This document shows positions 29,339 to 36,970 of a DNA stretch of 64,000 bases, piece after piece. The number at the start of each line of letters is the position of its first letter. Position 1 is the stretch's first letter. The notes under the pieces were generated by a model. The model was given only the letters and a program-made list of their open reading frames with translations. It did not search any database and was not told the origin of the DNA. The stretch is taken from the NCBI GenBank assembly GCA_045803545.1, contig JBJMOW010000004.1, positions 992,001-1,056,000 on the forward strand. The letters run 5' to 3'. Made by a program: the position numbers and the translations under genes. This DNA comes from Gemmatimonadaceae bacterium. Its GTDB lineage: Bacteria > Gemmatimonadota > Gemmatimonadetes > Gemmatimonadales > Gemmatimonadaceae.

Positions 29339-29803
29339 CTAGTAGCTGGCGAACACCCGGTTCTTCCCATTCCGATCGAATGCGATGACCTGGTAGTGCT
29401 GCTTCATCGCTCCTTCCATCCCCGGTGATCCCATCGGCATTCCGGGAACAGCCAGCCCCTTCACCGCGGGCTTCGCTGCGAGCAATCGGTCGATGTCCGC
29501 TGCCGGCACGTGCCCCTCAATGAGGTAGCCCTCGACAACGGCTGTATGACACGATCTCAGATCGGGCGGTACGCCAAGCGTGGCTTTGATCTGCGCCATG
29601 TCGGGCGTGTCCTTGGCATCCACGCGGTAGCCGTGCTTGATGAGATGCTCGATCCAGTTTTTGCAGCAGCCGCAGCTCGGATCTTTGTAAACCGTGATCG
29701 TGGGTTTTTTCGGAGCAACCACGGTCGGTGCCGCAGCGGTCGTAACGGTCAGGGCAGCGGCGCAAACCGCGACCGCGAATAAGCTGAATGAGCGCTTGGT
29801 CAT
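29339..29803 (-). CDS. DUF411 metal-binding protein, secreted
   Basis: KDPSCGCC, SCHTA, IEGHVPA, LAVPGMPMGSPGM; ATG overlaps the upstream stop (ATGA). Confidence 0.92.
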   Translation of the reverse strand: MTKRSFSLFAVAVCAAALTVTTAAAPTVVAPKKPTITVYKDPSCGCCKNWIEHLIKHGYRVDAKDTPDMAQIKATLGVPPDLRSCHTAVVEGYLIEGHVPAADIDRLLAAKPAVKGLAVPGMPMGSPGMEGAMKQHYQVIAFDRNGKNRVFASY

Positions 29804-30339
29804 TGAGGCAGGGATTTGAGTGTGCGTTCGATTTGTTTGCGGTGTCGCGCTTCGTGGTGGCCGACGAAAATTAGCCACTGATACAGATCGAGCTCGCCAA
29901 GTACGATGTGGGTGTGCTTGATGTCGCCGATCGCCAACCCATCAGCAGAGACGACCGCCGACCGTAAAGCTTCACGCGAGGTCTCCAGTCCGTCGATTGC
30001 TTCATTGATGTCGACGTCGGTTCGTGGCTGAACGAGAGTGGGCGCCTGGAGTAATCCGGATTCCAGCTTGGCTGCGTGAGAGTCGAACGATCGCATTACC
30101 GACGATGTCGATGTTTCGTCCCGAAGGCCTTCTTCGCGCGCCTTCGCCACACGCTTGGTGATAAGGCGCGCGACACCCGACTCCACCATCCGCAGATGTT
30201 CGAGGATCTCCGCGACGGACCAGCCGCTTGGATCCGCTCGTTGGCAAAGTCTTGTGCCGGAGACGCCGGCGAAGCTGTTGAGCAGCTCGCGTCGCTTCTC
30301 CTCCACATAACTCATCGTTTCGGCGAGTCTGGGGTGCAC
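29800..30339 (-). CDS. DinB family protein
   Basis: WSVAEILEHL and HEARH metal-binding histidines. Confidence 0.88.
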   Translation of the reverse strand: MHPRLAETMSYVEEKRRELLNSFAGVSGTRLCQRADPSGWSVAEILEHLRMVESGVARLITKRVAKAREEGLRDETSTSSVMRSFDSHAAKLESGLLQAPTLVQPRTDVDINEAIDGLETSREALRSAVVSADGLAIGDIKHTHIVLGELDLYQWLIFVGHHEARHRKQIERTLKSLPQ

Positions 30340-30361
30340 GTTTCTAATGTAGTCATGGGGC

Positions 30362-30390
30362 TTGGCTTCGGGTTATATTCGGTATATAAT
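30362..30390 (+). promoter_or_regulatory. imuB promoter with TTCGG-N6-TTCGG direct-repeat operator
   Basis: TTGGCT (30362-67), 17 bp spacer, TATAAT (30385-90); TTCGG at 30367 and 30378. Confidence 0.8.
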
Positions 30391-30413
30391 TGATCCCCCC
30401 GCTTCGCTCTGCA

Positions 30414-31784
30414 ATGTTTATCTGCCTCTGGACTCCCGCTGCTTTTCCTGCTCTCCCGCTCTTCGCTGAGGAGGGAGTCGTCCAGGAGAGCGAGCTGCTC
30501 AATGAGCTGGTTCCGGAGCTCCTCAACGTCGCACCGCGCGTCACGATCGGCTCGAGAGGAGTTGTGTGGGCAGATGCCCGCGGACTAGATGCCGAGCTCC
30601 TCGCCAACGATCTTCTCGATGTCTTCCATCGACATGTTCCATCCTGCCTCCCGCCTCCCGCCTCCCGCCTCCCGCTTCCCGCGAGAGCGGCGATCTCGCT
30701 CGTACCAATCACCGCGGAAGTGGCAGCACTGCATGGCAACGGTGGGCTAGTCAGGATCCCGGTCGGCACCGAGCGGGAATTTCTGGCGCCGTTTCCGATC
30801 GGAGTGCTCGAAGCATCGCCGTTTCTGGCGTCGCTGCTCGATGGAATCGGAGTCGAGCGCTGTGCCGATCTGGCGAAGCTCGATCTGGAATCGATCGAGG
30901 TCCGGTTCGGCGCCGAAGGCGCCAATCTCTGGAGATTGGCGAGAGCCGACGACACGCGTCGCATCTTCAAGACGGTGCCGCGTGCGCTGCCGACTGCTTC
31001 GCTCGACTGGCTGGATTACACTCTGCGCGACGCCGAGCGTCTCGTCTTCATCATTAACTCGCTCGTCGGCAACATCACCACCGAGCTCAAGTCGCGCGGG
31101 CAATGTGCGCGTGAGATGACGTTGGTATTCTCGCTGGCAAACCGTGAGACCCTCGAGCAGCTGGTGCGCCCGGCGCGGTCCACGGCGAGCCACAAAGCGT
31201 GGATGAGATTGATGCGCTCGCACCTGGAGCGACTCTCTCTGCCCGACGGTGTCGTCGGCATTACCGTTCGCGTCGAGTCGGTAACCGGTGAGGTCGAGAA
31301 ACAGGGCGACATCTTCGATCGCGGCTTCGGCACCGCGCGCGCGGCCGAGGAGACCATCGCGCAGCTCCTCGATGACCAGGGCGCGGTGGTCGTCACGCCA
31401 CGAAATTCACAGCATCCGTTGATCGACCGCCGCACCGAGTGGGTCACTCAGGAGCCATCCCAGGCATCGGCGCGCATTCAGCTGCGGGAGCGAGTGGTGA
31501 AAGCGACGGCGGCCCCGCGTCTGACGCTGCAATTATTGCCAGAACCCAAGAGAGTGGCGGTAACGACACGCCGTCGTCGCGATCACGACATGCCGATCCA
31601 GTATCGCGACAAAGAGTGGGCAACTCTCGTCTCCGCCGCCGGTCCCGATCGTGTGTCAGGTGGCCAATGGACCGAGCCCTACGCGCGCGAATATTTCCGC
31701 TGCGTCACTGATGACGGAATGATGGTCTGGCTATTCCGCGATGCGCGCGATAGCGAGTGGTATTTGCACGGCTGGTGGGATTAA
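30414..31784 (+). CDS. imuB: ImuB-like inactive Y-family polymerase
   Basis: Y-family thumb-like region (LDGIGVERCADLAKL...RFG); QGDIF clamp-like motif; C-terminal GPDRVSGGQW...REYFRC...WYLHGWWD; no intact catalytic palm motifs. Confidence 0.85.
   Translation: MFICLWTPAAFPALPLFAEEGVVQESELLNELVPELLNVAPRVTIGSRGVVWADARGLDAELLANDLLDVFHRHVPSCLPPPASRLPLPARAAISLVPITAEVAALHGNGGLVRIPVGTEREFLAPFPIGVLEASPFLASLLDGIGVERCADLAKLDLESIEVRFGAEGANLWRLARADDTRRIFKTVPRALPTASLDWLDYTLRDAERLVFIINSLVGNITTELKSRGQCAREMTLVFSLANRETLEQLVRPARSTASHKAWMRLMRSHLERLSLPDGVVGITVRVESVTGEVEKQGDIFDRGFGTARAAEETIAQLLDDQGAVVVTPRNSQHPLIDRRTEWVTQEPSQASARIQLRERVVKATAAPRLTLQLLPEPKRVAVTTRRRRDHDMPIQYRDKEWATLVSAAGPDRVSGGQWTEPYAREYFRCVTDDGMMVWLFRDARDSEWYLHGWWD
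30646..30680 (+). repeat. Heptamer tandem repeat (GCCTCCC)4-GCTTCCC inside imuB
   Basis: Five consecutive 7-bp units read directly from the sequence. Confidence 0.9.
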
Positions 31785-31825
31785 TTACTCAGAACTGCGC
31801 GCTGCTAGCCAACGAATCAGTCCCA

Positions 31826-31930
31826 GCTGCGAGCTAAGACCGAAATTCGAACCTATTGCGAGTTAAGAGCAAACGCTCCATCCAAGCTCGTACCTCGCAC
31901 TGGGCTCGCAAATCGGACTCAGATCGCACC
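31826..31930. repeat. Degenerate inverted-repeat element with TGCGAG/CTCGCA units
   Basis: gctgcgagct...ttgcgagtt ... ctcgca...gggctcgcaa...agatcgcacc. Confidence 0.5.
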
Positions 31931-31950
31931 TCGGATTCACCCGTATTGCA

Positions 31951-33972
31951 ATGAAGCGTCTCCTCCTACTTCTGCTTCTTACAGTTCCCAGCGTCGCGAG
32001 CGTCGCGAGCGCTCGGGTTGTTCGTGTAGAGATTCTTTCTCGCTCCCCAATCTCCGGCGCCTTCGATGGCAGAACGTACGAGCGCATAACAGGCCGCGTG
32101 TACTTCGCCTTCGATCCCAACAATACCGAGAACAAAAAAATCGTCGACCTCGCCCTCGCTCCGCGTAACGCCACGGGCGAAGTCGAAGCCATCAGCGAGT
32201 TCGTCATGCTGAAGCCAATCGGCTCCGCACAGTCGGCGAACGTCGCTGTGATCGACATCGTGAATCGCGGCGGCATCACTCATTTCATCTTCAATCTCGG
32301 CCGCAAACCCCAGGCGGCGCCGGAATCGGGCGAGTTCTACGGCGATGCATTGCTGATGAAACGTGGTGTCACCATCGTCGCACTCGGCTGGCAATGGGAT
32401 GTTCAACCAGGCGGATCGGCGCTTCACTTCCAGGCACCGCCCGTTGGTTCAGCAGCAAATCCGATAACGGGTCTCGTTCGCAGTGACATCACTGTCGATG
32501 CGCCGACGAGCTCGATTCCACTCGGACACAGCCTCGCCACCGGAGCACTCGCGTATCCTGTCGCCGATCCTGACGATCCAGCCAATGCTCTCACGGTTCG
32601 CGACTCGCCCACCGGCACTCGCTCCATTGTGCCACACAGCCGTTGGCGTTTCGGACGCGAAGCGAACGGCCAGGTCATTGATGATCCGCGCTCAGTGTAC
32701 ATGGCGAGCGGCTTCCAGCCGGGAAAGATCTATGAAGTGGTTTATCGCGGCCGCGATCCGGTAGTCGTTGGCGCCGGCCTCGCCGCAGTGCGCGACATGA
32801 TTTCCTATCTCAAGTACGACCCCAGCTCCATCGCGCCGGTCCAATACGGTATCGGCTACGGCGTCTCGCAGACGGGACGATTCATTCGCCACTTCCTCTA
32901 TCAGGGATTCAACGCCGACGAAAACGGGCGAGCGGCGTTCGACGGATTTTTCGTGCACACCGCCGGCGCCGGTCGCGGCAGTTTCAATCATCGTTTCGCG
33001 CAGCCATCCCGTGACGCGCAGCCGTACTCGACGTTTTTCTATCCGACCGACGTTTTCCCTTTCACCACTCTGCCGACCCGCGACCCGGTAACCGGTCAGC
33101 GCGCCGGCCTCCGCGACAACCTTGCCGGGTCGGAGGAGACGAAAGTTTTTTACGTTGATGGCGGACATGAGTACTGGGGACGTGCCGCATCCCTGACGCA
33201 TACGACTCCCGACGGCACACGCGACGTCGGCTTTTTGCCGACGGAGCGGCGTTACGTTATTTCGTCGGCGCAGCACTCCAGCCCAGCCGGGTGGCCATTG
33301 CCTGATTCGGATCGCATCGCCGGCACCATTGCCTACCGAGGCGATCCACTCGATCAGCGTCTGGCGCTGCGCGCGCTGATGTCCGCTCTGATCGACTGGG
33401 TGACCATGGCGAAAGAGCCGCCCGCGTCGCGCTACCCAACGCTCGCCTCACACACCCTGGTCGCCCCACAGGCTCAGACATTTCCTCGCATACCTGATCT
33501 CTCCGTCGCCCGAATTCCTCATCAGGTCTACAGGATGGATTTCGGTCCGCGCTGGAATCAGGGAATAGTCGATCTGGAGCCGCCAAAGCTGGGCGCACAT
33601 TACCCGATTTTGGTGTCGCGTGTCGATTCGATTGGCAACGACGTCGGCGGAATTCGCAGCGTCGAGATCGCAGTACCCCTCGCTACTTACTACCCTTGGC
33701 TGCTGCGCACCGGGATGCCGGCAGGGACCGACCGCCTCGTCAGCTTCCGCGGGACCTTCGTACCACTGCAGAAAACTGAAGCTGTGCGACGGAAAAGCGG
33801 CGACTCTCGCCCAAGCATCGAGACGTTGTACGGTGACAAGACTCGATTCATGGGCAGGGTCAATGCAGCGATCTCTTCGTTGATCGCGCAGCGCTTCATG
33901 CTGCCAGAGGATGCTGTCGTCGCCCGAGCGCGAATGTCCGACGTCTGGGATCGCTTCGGACCCGCGAAGTAG
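31951..33972 (+). CDS. Secreted alpha/beta-hydrolase domain protein (Abhydrolase_10-like)
   Basis: Signal peptide; GVSQTGRF nucleophile elbow; EYWGRAASL; DSIGNDVGGIR. Confidence 0.8.
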   Translation: MKRLLLLLLLTVPSVASVASARVVRVEILSRSPISGAFDGRTYERITGRVYFAFDPNNTENKKIVDLALAPRNATGEVEAISEFVMLKPIGSAQSANVAVIDIVNRGGITHFIFNLGRKPQAAPESGEFYGDALLMKRGVTIVALGWQWDVQPGGSALHFQAPPVGSAANPITGLVRSDITVDAPTSSIPLGHSLATGALAYPVADPDDPANALTVRDSPTGTRSIVPHSRWRFGREANGQVIDDPRSVYMASGFQPGKIYEVVYRGRDPVVVGAGLAAVRDMISYLKYDPSSIAPVQYGIGYGVSQTGRFIRHFLYQGFNADENGRAAFDGFFVHTAGAGRGSFNHRFAQPSRDAQPYSTFFYPTDVFPFTTLPTRDPVTGQRAGLRDNLAGSEETKVFYVDGGHEYWGRAASLTHTTPDGTRDVGFLPTERRYVISSAQHSSPAGWPLPDSDRIAGTIAYRGDPLDQRLALRALMSALIDWVTMAKEPPASRYPTLASHTLVAPQAQTFPRIPDLSVARIPHQVYRMDFGPRWNQGIVDLEPPKLGAHYPILVSRVDSIGNDVGGIRSVEIAVPLATYYPWLLRTGMPAGTDRLVSFRGTFVPLQKTEAVRRKSGDSRPSIETLYGDKTRFMGRVNAAISSLIAQRFMLPEDAVVARARMSDVWDRFGPAK

Positions 33973-36243
33973 CTAGCTGACTCCCGGAAAATCAATGCGG
34001 GCGGCCTTCGCGATTGCGCGCACGCGATTCATGATCTTGTCGGCCATCTTCGTGTCCCCCTGATTGCGTACCGCTTCTGCCAGAATGGCGCCGGTAAACG
34101 CGTACGTATAGGGAATGCCGAATGAGGGGCGGTCGATCCAGTCGCCTTCCTTGATCAAAGCTTCCGGCGCTTTGTACACGGTGTCCCAGAGTTCCTTGGT
34201 GCGCTGCACATCGAGATTGAGCCCCGCCGCCACCAGGGGAACCTGCGGGCTGTTCACGACCGGATGATCGACGAGCTTTTGCACAAACCCCTGGGTGACC
34301 AGGTACGGCTGCAGGAGTGGGCCAAGCGTTGTCCCGCCACCACCTGTCGACACGTAGATCGGCCGCTCGGGGAACGCGTCCTTGATCAAACGCAAAAATA
34401 CCAGCTCATCTCGAACGAGATAGCCCTGCGGGATCTCCAGGCTGAGATTGCCCTGTCGGAAAATCTGCGGCTGGGTGATCTGAATGTACTCGGGAATCGC
34501 GTCCGCTTCGGCGAAAGACATCTTTAGCGGCGGCCCGGACGGCTTCTTCCACTGTTGTCCGCGGAAGATTGCCGGACCCTTGGCCGCATCGTACGTCTCG
34601 ACCGGTCGGCGAATCATCTGTCGCACGAACCAGTCGGTGTCGAGATAAGTCGTGACTGCCACAGTCACATCGCGACGGACTCCTTCAACTTCCTGAGCGT
34701 ACCACAAGGGGAAGGTGTCGTTGTCGCCATTGGTGATGACAATCGCGTATGGCTCGAGTGAGTTGAGATAGTCGGTCGCCCACTCGCGTGTGAACTGGTG
34801 GCCCGAACGCGACGCGTATTTCCAATTGGCGACAAACGGAATCAGCGCGATCAGCAGAATCGGAGCTGCAAGTTTGAACGCGCGCGGCGACGGCCACGCG
34901 AACGAGGCGACCTTGCCCTTACCGGTTTTCTCCTCTACCGCCGCCGGCTCGCGATCGAGAATCTGCGCCAGCTGCTCCCACAGGAAGCCCAATCCGACCG
35001 CCGCCCACACGCCCCACGCCGAGAAGCTCCAGATGTAGAAGTAGTCTCGGTCGCGAACCTCGCGTGCGACGCTATTTCCAAGCTCCGGCGCCTGCGACCA
35101 CCCGTACTTGAAGTTCAGATAGTAAACAAGCGCCAGCGTCATCGTGAACATCAGCGGACCGAAATACCAGAACGTTTTTCGATCTCGTTGCCAATGCACC
35201 CATCCACCGAGCAGTCCGAGCCCGAGGAAGACAAAGGCGAGAATGAACTGCAGACCCTGCATCACCTGGTGTGCGTCGCGCAGCCACTGCCACTTGAAGT
35301 ACAGCCACCACATTCCGACCTGACTGGTGTAGGGCGCACCTCGCTCGACCTTCTCACCGTACTGAACGCGGTTGATGTTGTCCATCAGTCGCTTCTCGGT
35401 GAGTTTGCTGAACGTGCAGCTCGCTGCGATCTTCGTCTCGCACGCCGTGGGCGCGCCTTCATTGATTGCAGGGAAGTACGCGGCGCGAATCGGCTCGAAC
35501 GCAAAAGTCGTCAGCCCGAGTAGAAGGGCACCGACCGAGGCGAGAATCAGTCTCCAGCGCATCAGCGTGCGCCACTTGGTGGCCAGCAACGCCACGCCGG
35601 CAGCCGGCAGCGGGAGGAATCCCGCCGGGTGGTTGGCGTACCCGAGTCCGAGCAGGAAGCAGACGAGAACGATGTAGCGATCGGCTTTGCGCGAGTTGGG
35701 CGCTTCGATCCACTCGATTACCAGCCACGACACAATCGTGAAGAACAGCAGCGAGATGGTGTACACCTTCTCGTTCACCACCGACTGATTCCAGACGGTG
35801 AATGCAGTCGCGCCAATCAACGTCGCCAGACTCGCGATCACCAGGCGCTCCCAGCGCTCGGGAACCCAACGCGCGACGATGCGCTCCGTAATCAGGAACC
35901 AGAGGCCCGCCGAGATTGCGCTCGCCAGCGCAGCCATGATGTTGATCTTCTCGGCGTACGAGACCGGAATCGGCAGCGAAGCAAATGCGTGACCGAGAAT
36001 GACGAAGAACGGATTTCCGGGCGGATGCGGAATGCCGAGGACTTTGACGGCAGCCATGTACTCGCCGGTGTCCCACATCGCCACCGACGGCGCCAACGTG
36101 ATCAGGTAAAGAACGAATACGAGACCTGCGGCGATTGCCGCGGGAACGTAAGACGGCCGATAGCCGCTCTCAGCTAGCAGTGTACGCTTCGGCGCAGGCG
36201 CGTAGGTCGCGTTGACCCGGTTCGATGAGACTTGTGTTGCCAT
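33973..36243 (-). CDS. DUF2723 multi-TM protein (TMEM260-like GT-C glycosyltransferase)
   Basis: WDTGEY, GIPHPPGNP, REVRDRDYFY, GDNDTFPLWYAQEVEG motifs. Confidence 0.85.
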   Translation of the reverse strand: MATQVSSNRVNATYAPAPKRTLLAESGYRPSYVPAAIAAGLVFVLYLITLAPSVAMWDTGEYMAAVKVLGIPHPPGNPFFVILGHAFASLPIPVSYAEKINIMAALASAISAGLWFLITERIVARWVPERWERLVIASLATLIGATAFTVWNQSVVNEKVYTISLLFFTIVSWLVIEWIEAPNSRKADRYIVLVCFLLGLGYANHPAGFLPLPAAGVALLATKWRTLMRWRLILASVGALLLGLTTFAFEPIRAAYFPAINEGAPTACETKIAASCTFSKLTEKRLMDNINRVQYGEKVERGAPYTSQVGMWWLYFKWQWLRDAHQVMQGLQFILAFVFLGLGLLGGWVHWQRDRKTFWYFGPLMFTMTLALVYYLNFKYGWSQAPELGNSVAREVRDRDYFYIWSFSAWGVWAAVGLGFLWEQLAQILDREPAAVEEKTGKGKVASFAWPSPRAFKLAAPILLIALIPFVANWKYASRSGHQFTREWATDYLNSLEPYAIVITNGDNDTFPLWYAQEVEGVRRDVTVAVTTYLDTDWFVRQMIRRPVETYDAAKGPAIFRGQQWKKPSGPPLKMSFAEADAIPEYIQITQPQIFRQGNLSLEIPQGYLVRDELVFLRLIKDAFPERPIYVSTGGGGTTLGPLLQPYLVTQGFVQKLVDHPVVNSPQVPLVAAGLNLDVQRTKELWDTVYKAPEALIKEGDWIDRPSFGIPYTYAFTGAILAEAVRNQGDTKMADKIMNRVRAIAKAARIDFPGVS

Positions 36244-36247
36244 CTAG

Positions 36248-36304
36248 AGTAAGGATTTGCTGTGGAATTCTCGACAGTAAGGATTTGCTGGTGGAATTCT
36301 CGAC
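36248..36304. repeat. Tandem duplication of 28/29 bp
   Basis: agtaaggatttgctgtggaattctcgac + agtaaggatttgctggtggaattctcgac. Confidence 0.9.
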
Positions 36305-36336
36305 TGAATTTTAGTCACTAAACGTCGGGCGTGCGG

Positions 36337-36858
36337 TCATCGGCACGTAAGCTCGCGACGAGAAATGATCACCCGGGTTACCTGGGATGAATTGTGTACG
36401 AAACACGCCCGTCCTTTTCTGAAAGTCAGCCCGCGAGCCGGCGTTCCGACACCAATTCCGTTCGACGTACGAAATGCAGGACTCGAGCTGCCAACGGTCT
36501 CGATCAGACTGTCCTTTCCTGCGACGGTGAAGACGATCAATCCGCCGGTTACTGATACTCCGAATACCGGTCCCTGGATCGCTACCGATCCAGGGACCTT
36601 GATGACTGCCACTCGGCAACGCTGCCGAAGTCGCCTCAGTGGCGTACTCACAGTGACCGGCCCGATGCTGGCCGCAGTGATGAGCACCCCTGTGGGCTCG
36701 AGGCAGGCCTGGTCGCTGATCGCAACCGGATCGCCGTGTGAGAAGACGTCCGGCGAGAGCTTGGCCACGTCGTTTGCCTTCGCCGCCTCCCCGTCCGTAC
36801 AGCCCCCAACCGTCGACAGGCCCATAATTACCGTAAGGACTTTCCTATAGCTCGGCAT
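36337..36858 (-). CDS. Hypothetical lipoprotein
   Basis: Signal with GGC; FRTSNGIGVGT motif; GGGG RBS-like run upstream. Confidence 0.6.
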   Translation of the reverse strand: MPSYRKVLTVIMGLSTVGGCTDGEAAKANDVAKLSPDVFSHGDPVAISDQACLEPTGVLITAASIGPVTVSTPLRRLRQRCRVAVIKVPGSVAIQGPVFGVSVTGGLIVFTVAGKDSLIETVGSSSPAFRTSNGIGVGTPARGLTFRKGRACFVHNSSQVTRVIISRRELTCR

Positions 36859-36952
36859 CGCCCCCCAACTCGCAGACCCCGCGCCGAGAACCGCGCCGCT
36901 GGCCCCGGACCGGCGGGCACTAGTCGCTGCAAGTCGTTTTCAGTTGACGGTT

Positions 36953-36968
36953 TTCGGTATATATTCGG
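36953..36968 (+). promoter_or_regulatory. TTCGG-N6-TTCGG direct-repeat operator upstream of dnaE2
   Basis: TTCGGTATATATTCGG, identical to the imuA site, ending 2 nt before ATG 36971; contains TATATT -10-like hexamer. Confidence 0.8.
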
Positions 36969-36970
36969 GT

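Noticed and set aside
36248..36304. Possible CRISPR repeats
   Set aside because: Two directly abutting copies, no spacer and no cas genes.
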